From positions 1 through 50,738 of IMG/VR virus record IMGVR_UViG_3300005807_000006: a DNA stretch of 50,738 nt. One strand, written 5' to 3'. Position 1 is the first letter of the stretch, and every line of letters starts with the position of its first letter. A program made the translations under genes and the position numbers. Below the pieces are notes generated by a model, which saw nothing but the letters and a program-made list of their open reading frames with translations, made no database searches and was not told where the DNA came from. This DNA comes from a virus (Duplodnaviria; Caudoviricetes). This document shows, piece after piece, positions 1 through 9,830 of this stretch.

Positions 1-36
1 ATTTGTTCGTCACGGTACATATTTGAAGGAATGACC

Positions 37-285
37 ATGAATAATTTTTTAACAAGAAAATATTTAGAAGAAGCCCCTAATGATGGAGGCACTGGAGATG
101 GAGGCACTCCCCCACCAGACATAAAGCAGGAAGGCGGCACACCAGCCGAGCCTAAAAACTTTCATGAGACAATGCCTGAGGATTGGAGAGATCAAATAGT
201 TGAGTCTTTAGGAATAGAAGATCAAGGGACTAAAGACAAACGACTAGCCCAATTAGGCAGGTTTTCTGACTTTAACAGCATGAGT
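37..285. repeat. Terminal direct repeat, left copy (249 bp)
   Basis: 37-285 is identical to 50490-50738; indicates circular assembly or terminal redundancy. Confidence 0.95.
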
Positions 286-966
286 AAGTCATTTTTTGAA
301 GCTCAAGACAAGATAAGGTCTGGTCAGATCGAGACTGGACTGCCGGAAAATGCTACTGATGAGCAGTTAAATGATTATCGTGAAGCTAACGGAATACCAG
401 AAAGTCCAGAAGGTTACGAGCTATCACTGGACGAAGGTCTTGTGCTTGGTGAATCGGACAGTCGGATAATGAGTGAGGTGTATAAAGTCGCACATGATAA
501 CAACATTTCTGGTGACACAATAAATCAACTTACAAACGCAATGATGAGTGCACGCCAGACAGAAGAAGAAGCTACTATTGCTCAAGACGGCGTGGATATG
601 CAAACATCTAATCGGATCACTAAAGAATTATGGGGGGCTGATTATCAAACAAACGTCAACATGGTAAAAGGATTGGTAAGTAGACTACCCGACAGCGTCA
701 GAGATAATTTTGAAAATGCTAGGTTGTCGAATGGACAGGCGTTGTTCAACTCACCTGAAATACTATCTTTTTTGTCCGACATGGCGAGAAAAACAAATCC
801 AGCGGGAACGGTTGTAGGTAATAACGCCAATCCAACTCAAGCAATAAATGACGAAATAAAGACACTCGAATCTAAAATGGGTGATGACAACTGGTTTAAA
901 GACACACAATCACAAGAGCGGCTTAGAAGTCTTTATGATGCTCAAGAGCAAATGAAATCCAATTAG
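37..966 (+). CDS. Capsid scaffolding/assembly protein
   Basis: Acidic, Pro/Gly-rich N-terminus, PE.Y.L motif, lies between portal-adjacent gene and capsid. True start is ATG 37, matching the ATG at 50490 in the end repeat. Confidence 0.75.
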   Translation: MNNFLTRKYLEEAPNDGGTGDGGTPPPDIKQEGGTPAEPKNFHETMPEDWRDQIVESLGIEDQGTKDKRLAQLGRFSDFNSMSKSFFEAQDKIRSGQIETGLPENATDEQLNDYREANGIPESPEGYELSLDEGLVLGESDSRIMSEVYKVAHDNNISGDTINQLTNAMMSARQTEEEATIAQDGVDMQTSNRITKELWGADYQTNVNMVKGLVSRLPDSVRDNFENARLSNGQALFNSPEILSFLSDMARKTNPAGTVVGNNANPTQAINDEIKTLESKMGDDNWFKDTQSQERLRSLYDAQEQMKSN

Positions 967-974
967 AGGTTGAT

Positions 975-1121
975 ATGAAGAATACTATCCGCACAAGCAA
1001 TACAGAAGGAAGATCTACCAAAAGAACCAACACTCGCAAGGTGGCGTACAGCAATCCCAAAAGAAAAAGAATGCCTAAGCAGAAAATTCCAACCATTATG
1101 AATTCTAAAGATTACACTTGA
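975..1121 (+). CDS. Small basic protein (48 aa, MKNTIRTSNTEGRSTKRT...)
   Basis: Hand-translated ORF with GAGG RBS; below ORF-track cutoff. Confidence 0.4.
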   Translation: MKNTIRTSNTEGRSTKRTNTRKVAYSNPKRKRMPKQKIPTIMNSKDYT

Positions 1122-1122
1122 T

Positions 1123-1151
1123 TTGACCGTAGGTTGTTTTTGTTTTAAAAT
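1123..1151 (+). promoter_or_regulatory. Sigma70-like promoter upstream of capsid gene
   Basis: TTGACC-17 nt-TAAAAT. Confidence 0.55.
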
Positions 1152-1284
1152 AGAGACAACCGACAAAGACCCCATCTAAAGCCAAGCGACCCCTATAAAT
1201 AGGTCAACTCGCAGAGGTAAATGAACGGCTAACTCCAAACCGGTAATGTTATTTTAAATAAACTTACTTTTTTTGGAGGATCAC

Positions 1285-2115
1285 ATGGCTGATTCAGCAT
1301 TTCAAAGACAGTACCGTCAAGAATTTATTAAGGGCTTCGAAAAGCGCCAATCGCTTGTTCGTCATACAGTTGTTACCGAAACAGAAATAAAAGGTAACGA
1401 GGCTGTATTCCTGGTAGCAGATTCTGGAGGTGCAACCGCAGTAACTCGTGGTATAAATGGGGATATCCCAACTAGACCAGATAACTTAAACCAATTCACG
1501 GCAACTCTTAAAGAGTGGCATGACGTTCCTGAGAGAACAAACTTCAATATTTTCGCATCACAGGGCGAAGGTCGAAAGATAATGCAGCAAACTTGTATGT
1601 CAGTTATCAATCGAAAGATCGACAAAGACATACATGAGGCATTAGATCAATCCACTCTTACTTGGGGTGCAGCTGCAGTTGCAACATTAACCTTAGTTAC
1701 TACTGCAAAAACCAAGTTAGGAAACGCATTCGCATTAAAAGACGCACCAGTTTATGCTTTGATCACGCCAGCTTATCATGGGTATTTGATGGGTTTAAAC
1801 CAATTCACATCGGCTGATCATATTTCATCTAAACCGTTTGAAGGCGTTGATAAATCTTATGCGTTCAACTGGTACGGCGTTAACTGGATCGTTGATGCGG
1901 ACTTGCCTGGTGTTGGTACTACCGATGCAACGTGTTTTATGTACAGCCAAAACGCAATCGGACATGCTTGCGATACGCAAAAAATGCAAACATACGTTGG
2001 CTATGACGATAAGAATGACAAGTCATGGGCGCGGTGTTCTACTTATATGGGATCTAAATTACTCCAGAACAGTGGTATAATTAAGATGCGTCATGACGAT
2101 TCAGCATTAAGCTAA
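1285..2115 (+). CDS. Major capsid protein (BPP-1/epsilon15-like)
   Basis: GGAGG RBS then ATG 1285; QYRQEFIKGFEKRQS N-terminus and size resemble this capsid family; follows scaffold. Confidence 0.8.
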   Translation: MADSAFQRQYRQEFIKGFEKRQSLVRHTVVTETEIKGNEAVFLVADSGGATAVTRGINGDIPTRPDNLNQFTATLKEWHDVPERTNFNIFASQGEGRKIMQQTCMSVINRKIDKDIHEALDQSTLTWGAAAVATLTLVTTAKTKLGNAFALKDAPVYALITPAYHGYLMGLNQFTSADHISSKPFEGVDKSYAFNWYGVNWIVDADLPGVGTTDATCFMYSQNAIGHACDTQKMQTYVGYDDKNDKSWARCSTYMGSKLLQNSGIIKMRHDDSALS

Positions 2116-2127
2116 GGAGGATATAAC

Positions 2128-3042
2128 ATGGCTTATTCAACAGACAATCCACCTGCATTAGCTAGCCAGCGCGTTGGCGCAAGCGGCGGTGCAGTTTGGA
2201 TCTATAAAGACGGTGATGCTTTAGCAACGGTAAACGGTATAAATTACGTTTCTGATGCGGCTGATCTAGGAATGAAAGCGGGTGACAGAGTCATCCACAT
2301 TGATGAAACAAACGGTGTAACTAGTGATATGGCAGTTGTTGCAGGGGCTACTATTGGAACAGCTTCTGGGGCTTTATGTAGTGCCATTGAACCGGTTGGC
2401 GAAACCTCTGTCGCACTCCAAAGTGCAGGGACAGGCACTTTTCTTATTGGAGACATTGTTAATTTCGGTAACGGTGACACCACCGAGTATCGTATTACCA
2501 CTGGTGATGCAGATATTTCAGGCGGCGGTACTTTGGTTATTACTCCAGCTTTAGTGGTGGCAACTGCGGTAGGAACTACCATATCAATCAAATCTGACGT
2601 TTTAAATATGTCGGAAGGGGTTGTCGGCAGCAAGCTTATTTCGGGCGAAGGTGCAACTAAAACATTAACTAAAGCTGAAGCAGGTGCTAACATTCTATTT
2701 GATAGAGCAGCTGGAATTGTTTATACATTGCCAGCACCAGTTGTTGGGTTGAAGTTTAAATTTGTTGTATCTGTTTCAGTTACCTCAAATGCTTACACGG
2801 TCAACACTGACGCAGCAACGACTTTTATTGTTGGCAACATCCAACAAATAATTGCTGCAAATGCGGTTACCGAAGGACAGGTAGCTAATGGTACAACACA
2901 CACTGGCATCGCTAGTAACGGCACGACCACTGGAGGCTTGCTTGGTAGTGAGTTTGAGCTTGAGTGTATTAGTTCTACATTATGGGTGATAAAAGGAAAT
3001 CTTGTAAGTTCTGGCACTCTAGTAACACCATTCACAACCTAA
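2128..3042 (+). CDS. Virion structural protein, probably capsid decoration/cement
   Basis: Strong AAGGAGG RBS directly after capsid; A/G/T/V-rich beta composition; followed by terminator. Confidence 0.55.
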   Translation: MAYSTDNPPALASQRVGASGGAVWIYKDGDALATVNGINYVSDAADLGMKAGDRVIHIDETNGVTSDMAVVAGATIGTASGALCSAIEPVGETSVALQSAGTGTFLIGDIVNFGNGDTTEYRITTGDADISGGGTLVITPALVVATAVGTTISIKSDVLNMSEGVVGSKLISGEGATKTLTKAEAGANILFDRAAGIVYTLPAPVVGLKFKFVVSVSVTSNAYTVNTDAATTFIVGNIQQIIAANAVTEGQVANGTTHTGIASNGTTTGGLLGSEFELECISSTLWVIKGNLVSSGTLVTPFTT

Positions 3043-3058
3043 CCGAGATTTTCGGTCT

Positions 3059-3090
3059 GCGCCTAGTGCTTTTGTTGCTAGGCGCTTTTT
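3059..3090 (+). terminator. Intrinsic terminator after head genes
   Basis: GCGCCTAG...CTAGGCGC stem followed by T tract. Confidence 0.75.
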
Positions 3091-3132
3091 ACCTTGGCTA
3101 ACTGGATGTTAGCCCTTTTTGGAGATATACTG

Positions 3133-3567
3133 ATGAACAAAATACAAGCAGTTAAACCTGCGGACTTTCAGACAGCCGAGCATAGATACAATCGATTTGA
3201 TTGTTTTGTTTCTCCAGATTTGAAAAATAAAGATCTAGAAAACCCTGATCTATGGACTAATGTTGCATCAAGGCTTAAGCAGTTCGATGAAGTAAGAGTT
3301 ATTGCAGAAGACCATAGCTTTGTTGCTTATTTGATTGTTTTATTTAGCCAAGGAACAGACGCGAGACTAAAGTTGATTAATGGTGCAGAACTAGAAAACC
3401 TTGATAATATTGATATGCCTAAAGGTAAATATGATATCAAGCTTTGCGGCCCAAAAAAATTCGTTATATTTAATGTAGAAACTGGCGAGAACGTGAAGGA
3501 AGGTATAGCAACCAAACTTCAGGCATACAAGGAGCTAGAAGACTACATAACAGCACTGAGATTGTAG
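3133..3567 (+). CDS. Hypothetical protein in structural module
   Basis: GGAG RBS before ATG 3133. Confidence 0.6.
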   Translation: MNKIQAVKPADFQTAEHRYNRFDCFVSPDLKNKDLENPDLWTNVASRLKQFDEVRVIAEDHSFVAYLIVLFSQGTDARLKLINGAELENLDNIDMPKGKYDIKLCGPKKFVIFNVETGENVKEGIATKLQAYKELEDYITALRL

Positions 3568-3574
3568 GTGATTT

Positions 3575-4753
3575 ATGGCTTTAACTAAGCTATCTATTTA
3601 TAATGATGCTTTATTGCTTATTGGCGAAAGAAAGCTATCAAGTGAAACTGAGGCTAGAGAATCTAGGCGGCTATTGGATAGTGCTTTTGATTTAGGTGCT
3701 GTCGATTATTGTTTAGAAATAGTCAAGCCGGTCTTCTCAAGAGCAACAATAAAACTTACATCATCCGTCGCAAGTTCAAATCATGATCTTGACAATGTAT
3801 TCACCCTACCTAGTGATTGGATTAGTACAATCGATGTTTATAGCGACTCAAGACTAGATCAGCCTATATCAAGATACATAAACGAAAATAAAACGATTGC
3901 TTGTGAATATAGCACTATTTATCTTCGCTACGTATCGAACACAAAAGGCACTGTTTATAGTGATTGGTCTCCAGCCTTTACTCGAACTGTCACCGCCTAT
4001 CTTGCAAGAGAAATATCGTTAAGGTTAGCTCCTGACGAATTAGAAAACCTTGAGGCTACTTTCACCAATAGAGTTGAGGCTGCTTTATCAATAGAGTCAG
4101 AAAAAGAGCCTCAACAAAGGTCTAAACCATCTACAACAACATTATCAGAATCTTGGCGGCGTGTTTATAATGATGCTTTGCTTATTCTTGGATTAAGTAA
4201 AATAGTTGCTAATACAGATGATTCTCATAGACGATCAGTTATTGATACCGCCATTGATGCTAACCTAGTCGAATTCATGCTAGAAGATATTGGATGGAAT
4301 TGGGCTATTACATCAACTAAGATATTACAAGATCAATCTCTTGAGCCTGACTGGGGTTATCGATATGTATTTAATAAGCCTCTTGATTTATTAAGACTAG
4401 ATGGAGTTTTTGCTGATGAATACTTTCAAAGACCATTAAAGCTCTACCTTGATGAAGGGGGTAATTTTTTCTCTGATGTAGATGAGATCTACTTGAAATA
4501 CGTATCAACCACATTCACATCAAGCCCTGATGGGTGGGCTTCATCCTTCAGAAAACTTATAGCTGGTCGCCTAGCAAAAGAAACCTGCATGACTTTAGCG
4601 CCAGATAAATACAAAGAGGTAATGATGGAGTATGAAGATAGATACAGTTCAGCAAAATCTATTGATGCCATGCAATCACCGCCTAGAATCCTTGCTGAAG
4701 GTAGCTGGGTGCGTTCAAGGAATACAGGTAGAGCGAATAGGCAGAGACCTTAA
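3575..4753 (+). CDS. Tail adaptor / tail tubular protein A-like, internally duplicated
   Basis: Two copies of YNDALL.(I/L)G...P.D.....V..D...IYL(R/K)YVS...W...F; position before nozzle gene. Confidence 0.7.
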   Translation: MALTKLSIYNDALLLIGERKLSSETEARESRRLLDSAFDLGAVDYCLEIVKPVFSRATIKLTSSVASSNHDLDNVFTLPSDWISTIDVYSDSRLDQPISRYINENKTIACEYSTIYLRYVSNTKGTVYSDWSPAFTRTVTAYLAREISLRLAPDELENLEATFTNRVEAALSIESEKEPQQRSKPSTTTLSESWRRVYNDALLILGLSKIVANTDDSHRRSVIDTAIDANLVEFMLEDIGWNWAITSTKILQDQSLEPDWGYRYVFNKPLDLLRLDGVFADEYFQRPLKLYLDEGGNFFSDVDEIYLKYVSTTFTSSPDGWASSFRKLIAGRLAKETCMTLAPDKYKEVMMEYEDRYSSAKSIDAMQSPPRILAEGSWVRSRNTGRANRQRP

Positions 4754-7381
4754 ATGATATCTTCTACTGTTTACAATAAATTCAACCGAGGAGAAGTTGA
4801 TCCGCTGGCACTTGCAAGAGATGACGTTGAAAAAATAAATAACTCTTGCGAGTTGATGGAAAATTTTATTCCATTGAGATTAGGGGCAATGGTCTACCGC
4901 CCTGGAACTGAAAGTATCGGAGAGGTGGCTGGAGAATCCTATTTTGCCGAATTTATAGCATCGACCTCTGATGTTGCACTTCTTGAGTTCTCAAATAATC
5001 TATTAAGAATATGGGTAGATGATACCTTGCTTTCAAGCACTGCTGTATCAACACAAGTCCCAGACAGCTCTTTTACAGGTGGGCCTTCTCCTTGGACGGA
5101 CGGATCTGGCGCTGGTTCTACTGCTACAATATCCGGAGGGTATGGGAATTTAACGGGTTCTGGTAATACAAGTGGGCAATTGTGGCAAACAATTTCATCA
5201 ACAGACACGGGCAGCGAACACACGGTAAATATAACGATAGAGCAAGCCCCCGTGCTTGTTAAAATAGGCACTTCAGGACAAAATAGTGATGAAATATTTT
5301 CTGGAACGCTATTCCCCGGGGTTCATTCTCTAGTATTTACACCAGCATCTAATGTTACTTTCACATTAAGCAACTCACTTAAGTATGTTGCCAAAGTTGC
5401 AGAAGTTGTCTATTCGACGACTCAAACGCAGACATTTACGACAAGTATCACAACCGCAAAGCTTGGATCATTGAGGTATGCTCAATCTGCCGACATAATT
5501 TATATTGTATATGAAGACGGTAAAACGATACAAATTGAGAGGCGTGGGGTAAAGTCATGGTCTTTAGTTGATTTTAGAGCTGATGATGGGCCATTTGGCA
5601 TAATTAATTTGTCAGACATAACTATGACAGTTGCGGCATTAAGTGGCGATACGACATTGACTGCATCTAGTGCATATTTTAAAGCAACACATATAGGAAA
5701 TTTGTTTAAGCTTGGCTCATCTGGACAAACCGTAACAGCCTCAGTGGTAGCAGAAGACACGGGAACTAATTCAGTGAGGATATTAGGTGTAGGTTCTGGG
5801 AGAATATTCAACATCACCATAACTGGTATTGCTGGGGGTACTGAGGTGACTTTGCAACGCTCTGCTGATGATGCCTCTTGGACTGATGTAGCGGTTTATA
5901 CGACTAATCGGTCTATATCTTATGACGATGGGCTAGACGACAATATTTTATATTACCGTCTATGGGTGCAAACGGGAGATTACGGTTCAGGAACAGCTGT
6001 ATTAACAATAGATTATGTGTTTGGGTCGATAGAAGGTATTGCTAGAGTTACCGGATATACATCTACAACAGTAGTTAATGTTCAAGTTTTAAGAGAATTC
6101 GGCTCTATTATTGCAACAAAAGATTGGTATCTCTCTCAGTGGTCATCTCTTTCCGGATACCCATCCGCAGTGGCTATTTATGAGGGTAGGCTGTGGCTTT
6201 CTGGCAAAAACAATTTGTGGGGTTCGGTCTCTGATGCTTATACGTCATTTGATGCTGAAATAGAGGGAGATTCAAAATCAATATTTAAAACAATCGGGTT
6301 TGGCCCCGTTGACAAAATAAACTGGTTGGTAGGGTCAAGTCGTTTGATAATGGGGCTTGCATCTTCCGAAATAGGCATAAGATCATCATCTTTCGGTGAG
6401 GTTTTAACGCAGAACAATATCAACTTAAAGGATGGTTCATCGCAAGGCTCTGACACAATAGCACCCATAAAAATAGACGAAAAGATCTACTACGTCCAAA
6501 GATCTGGCATTAAGATTATGGAATCAGAGTATTCAATTTCTTCTGATTCTCAAGGCGCAAGAGATCTAATGACACTTAATCAAGATATATGCCAAGCAGG
6601 AATAGCCAGAATGGCAGTATCCAGACAGCCAGAAACGAGGATTTATGTTGTTCTTAAGGATGGTTCTATGAGAGTGTATTTAATTGATCCTGCTGAAAAT
6701 GTTTTCGCGTGGAGTAGAGTAACAACTCCAATCGGTCTTTTTGAAGATGTGATAGTATTACCTAGTACTGGAGAAGATAGGGTTTATGTAGTTGTTAACA
6801 GATCGGGAACTAGGTATTTAGAAAAATTCGCCAAATTCTCAGAGTCGATAACAAAGCATACTGATGGATTTAATTCATACACATCACCCGGGACTACAAT
6901 AACGGGGCTTCCTCATGCTGACGGTGTGACAGTTAATGTGTGGGCGGACAATCAAGATAGGGGCGACTTTGAAGTGTCTAGCGGAGGAATTACTGTGGGT
7001 TCTTCATGGACTAATGTCGTAGTTGGATTGCCATATAATGCCGATTACACATCGAATAAGCTAGGTCAATATTCAGATTATAGTGTTTTGACAAAAAGAG
7101 TAAGAGTTATCGATTTAGGTATGATTATTAAAGACTTCTATCCGGGGTCTTTAAGTTACGGGTATGATTTGGACAACTTAGATCCTATGCCAGATATAGA
7201 AGATGGTACGACATTTAGCTCGACTGCTTTAATAGGTAGTTATGACCACACACCATTTGAATTTAATGGCTCGCATGATACCGATAGTAGAGTTTCATTG
7301 AGAGCGACTGGTCCATGTAAAATAATGGCAATAGTTTATGGGATCAAAGACTCCGTCCGTGCGCCCAATAAAAAGAAGTGA
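4754..7381 (+). CDS. Tail nozzle / tail tubular protein B-like
   Basis: FNRGEVDP..LAR.D start, NFIP...G....RPGT, GYPSAVAIYEGRLW, AWSR motifs; 875 aa. Confidence 0.8.
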   Translation: MISSTVYNKFNRGEVDPLALARDDVEKINNSCELMENFIPLRLGAMVYRPGTESIGEVAGESYFAEFIASTSDVALLEFSNNLLRIWVDDTLLSSTAVSTQVPDSSFTGGPSPWTDGSGAGSTATISGGYGNLTGSGNTSGQLWQTISSTDTGSEHTVNITIEQAPVLVKIGTSGQNSDEIFSGTLFPGVHSLVFTPASNVTFTLSNSLKYVAKVAEVVYSTTQTQTFTTSITTAKLGSLRYAQSADIIYIVYEDGKTIQIERRGVKSWSLVDFRADDGPFGIINLSDITMTVAALSGDTTLTASSAYFKATHIGNLFKLGSSGQTVTASVVAEDTGTNSVRILGVGSGRIFNITITGIAGGTEVTLQRSADDASWTDVAVYTTNRSISYDDGLDDNILYYRLWVQTGDYGSGTAVLTIDYVFGSIEGIARVTGYTSTTVVNVQVLREFGSIIATKDWYLSQWSSLSGYPSAVAIYEGRLWLSGKNNLWGSVSDAYTSFDAEIEGDSKSIFKTIGFGPVDKINWLVGSSRLIMGLASSEIGIRSSSFGEVLTQNNINLKDGSSQGSDTIAPIKIDEKIYYVQRSGIKIMESEYSISSDSQGARDLMTLNQDICQAGIARMAVSRQPETRIYVVLKDGSMRVYLIDPAENVFAWSRVTTPIGLFEDVIVLPSTGEDRVYVVVNRSGTRYLEKFAKFSESITKHTDGFNSYTSPGTTITGLPHADGVTVNVWADNQDRGDFEVSSGGITVGSSWTNVVVGLPYNADYTSNKLGQYSDYSVLTKRVRVIDLGMIIKDFYPGSLSYGYDLDNLDPMPDIEDGTTFSSTALIGSYDHTPFEFNGSHDTDSRVSLRATGPCKIMAIVYGIKDSVRAPNKKK

Positions 7382-7688
7382 CTTAGACTTGTTCGGTCAT
7401 CACGGGTTTTCTGTTAGAGGATTTGTGATAGAATTAAATAATGAAGTTGTTGCCGTTTATGGAGTGCTGCACACCTCGCCACTTCAAGCCTTTAGTGAAA
7501 TAAACGAAAAGCTAAAGGCTTACCCTAAAACAATTATGAGGGCAATATTATCTTTCAAGAATATTATGAAACATTACAATAAGCCTATTTATGCGATCCC
7601 TAGTGATAAGCAGGAAAATTCAATAAAAGTCCTAGAGAGAATAGGATTCACACTTGACGATGAGGGGTATTATGTATGGAAGGGTTGA
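7338..7688 (+). CDS. Small tail assembly protein (T7 gp13/GNAT-fold-like)
   Basis: NSIKVLERIGF C-terminal motif and position after nozzle. Confidence 0.5.
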   Translation: MGSKTPSVRPIKRSDLDLFGHHGFSVRGFVIELNNEVVAVYGVLHTSPLQAFSEINEKLKAYPKTIMRAILSFKNIMKHYNKPIYAIPSDKQENSIKVLERIGFTLDDEGYYVWKG

Positions 7689-8122
7689 ACTGGAATGCCG
7701 GGGATGCCAAACTGGCTAACGATATTTCCACGCCTTTAATCACTGCCTTTGGGGCGAATGCTGCAAAAAGTTTTGAAGCTAGACAGCTTAAGAGGAATGC
7801 AACTGCTTCCTTAGCCAAAGGCACTAGAGAGGCGCAAGAAATACGTAGGCAAGGGAAAATTCAAGCCTCAAACGCTAGAGCAGCAATGAGCGGCATGGGC
7901 GGCATAACGACTGATGCAGGAGCTGTTAGAGAGCTTGGTGATATCAAGAAGGTAACAGACTACAACGCATTATCGGCTTTATTTGAATCCGAAACAGAAG
8001 CGGAAAACCTTAAGCTTAAAGCAAGAACATCAAAACTTGAAGGTCGTCAAGCTGGAATGGCGGGAGTTAGAAAGTCTCTAGCTACGGTGCTAAAGAATTC
8101 GGACAAAATATTCGGTAAATAA
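7676..8122 (+). CDS. Small internal virion (ejection) protein
   Basis: Ala-rich helical, GKIQASNARAAMSGMGG motif, position. Confidence 0.6.
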   Translation: MEGLNWNAGDAKLANDISTPLITAFGANAAKSFEARQLKRNATASLAKGTREAQEIRRQGKIQASNARAAMSGMGGITTDAGAVRELGDIKKVTDYNALSALFESETEAENLKLKARTSKLEGRQAGMAGVRKSLATVLKNSDKIFGK

Positions 8123-8123
8123 T

Positions 8124-9830
8124 ATGCCTAAAATACCTAATGCAGAAAGCATTCAAAGAAGAATACCAAGTGGTGCTACAAATATCGTAGCTCTTGATAA
8201 TCGCAATGTGTCTGCTGGGTTTAGTGAGATTTCATCTGGGCTTGGGGAGATCCAAAAAAGAAAAAACGCCTTCGAGACCTCAAAAGCCGATCTAGATTTT
8301 TTAACACTGAAAAATAAAACAGAGAGAGAGTCTGAGCTGGATGAAGATTACAGTACTCTTGATGAACGATATGTAGGGAAATTGTCAGGTGGGCTTGGAG
8401 AGCTTGCTCTTAATATATCTGACACTAGAGCTAGAGCTGATTTTGTTGCAAGACATAAAGTCAATATTGAGCAGGGACGGAAAGGCATTCAAAAACTTGC
8501 CTTCTCGAAAGAGTCTGATCACGAAAGGGCTGGGGTTGATGAAAGATTAACTTCATTGCGAGAAGTAGCATTAACTGGCAGTCCTGACGACATAAGGGCA
8601 TCAAAAGAAGCTATGACAAACCTTTTAGATTCAGCTAGACAGCTAGGCTATTACAGTGAGGTTGATGTAGTTGGAGCTAAAGAAGCGTGGCGCAATAGCG
8701 CTGCTCAAGGTCGATTAAGCATGATGGAAGCCGAAGATCAGGTGGAAGCTTTAAAACAGCCGTGGGCGCAAGATCTGCCTTCTGACATTCGAGCGGCATT
8801 ACAGAAAAAAGCTAGCGCAGTAGCTCGCACGAATAAAGCCATTACCATTGTTGATGATCTTTTGGACAAAGATTTAAACGAAGATGAAGCACGCGATAAC
8901 TTTGAAAAAATAAAAAACAAAAAACTAAGGCGAGAAGTTGAAAAACGATGGGATTACGATTACAACAAAGCAAAAAAAGCTGATGCTGAAAACCAATGGG
9001 AGCATAAAAATAAATATGCTTTTAATGTATTACATGAAGGTTTTAGTATAGAAGAAATCCCAGAAGATGAATGGGAAGACATGGATTCAGATACTAAAAT
9101 TTATTTAAAAAATCTACAAGCTGAATCGGTTAAGCCGCCAACCAAGTCAGATCCTAATCTAGTACTGTTTATGAGCGAGCTAGCGGCTAAAGGGAATTAT
9201 GCCGAGATAGTTGAAATTGTGAAAAGCCCATCAAGGGCGTTGAGTGCGACTGATCGCGTCAAGTACGGGAAAATTGCGATTGATGGAACAATGCCTATCG
9301 AGGTCGATGATGAGATGAAGGACAACAAGGCAGTTGAGCTTGCTTTAGCATCCTCCAAAATTGACGATGATGAGACGATTACTCGCTTACTTGTTGACGT
9401 GAAGGAATGGCGAAGAAAATTCCAAGAGAGAACAGAAAAAAAACCAGATGACAGAGAAAGAGATCTATTTATTGGTGAAAGGTTACTTAGGGTTCCTCTG
9501 GATGGATTCTTTTCTGATTACGAAAAGCCAATATTCTTGCTAGAGCCGGGCGAATGGAAACTTAGTCAAGAAGAAATGGTTGACGAAGATCCCGAATTTG
9601 CCAAACTGGTTATAGAGTTCAAGCAATTAGATCAAATTAAAGAAAATGATTTAGCTAAATCGGAGGGACGCATACCTATACAGATAGAATTATCTCAATT
9701 AGAACTAGCCAATTTGTACAACAACAGAGATGCGTTTAAAGAAAGCATGAAAAAATTTAAGGAGCGAGAAAGAATACGCCTAAAACGCGAGAAAAAACCT
9801 CTGATGTTTGGAACAATAGGCGAAAAATAA
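8124..9830 (+). CDS. Internal virion (ejection) protein
   Basis: MPKIP start, charged helical 568 aa, position. Confidence 0.55.
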   Translation: MPKIPNAESIQRRIPSGATNIVALDNRNVSAGFSEISSGLGEIQKRKNAFETSKADLDFLTLKNKTERESELDEDYSTLDERYVGKLSGGLGELALNISDTRARADFVARHKVNIEQGRKGIQKLAFSKESDHERAGVDERLTSLREVALTGSPDDIRASKEAMTNLLDSARQLGYYSEVDVVGAKEAWRNSAAQGRLSMMEAEDQVEALKQPWAQDLPSDIRAALQKKASAVARTNKAITIVDDLLDKDLNEDEARDNFEKIKNKKLRREVEKRWDYDYNKAKKADAENQWEHKNKYAFNVLHEGFSIEEIPEDEWEDMDSDTKIYLKNLQAESVKPPTKSDPNLVLFMSELAAKGNYAEIVEIVKSPSRALSATDRVKYGKIAIDGTMPIEVDDEMKDNKAVELALASSKIDDDETITRLLVDVKEWRRKFQERTEKKPDDRERDLFIGERLLRVPLDGFFSDYEKPIFLLEPGEWKLSQEEMVDEDPEFAKLVIEFKQLDQIKENDLAKSEGRIPIQIELSQLELANLYNNRDAFKESMKKFKERERIRLKREKKPLMFGTIGEK

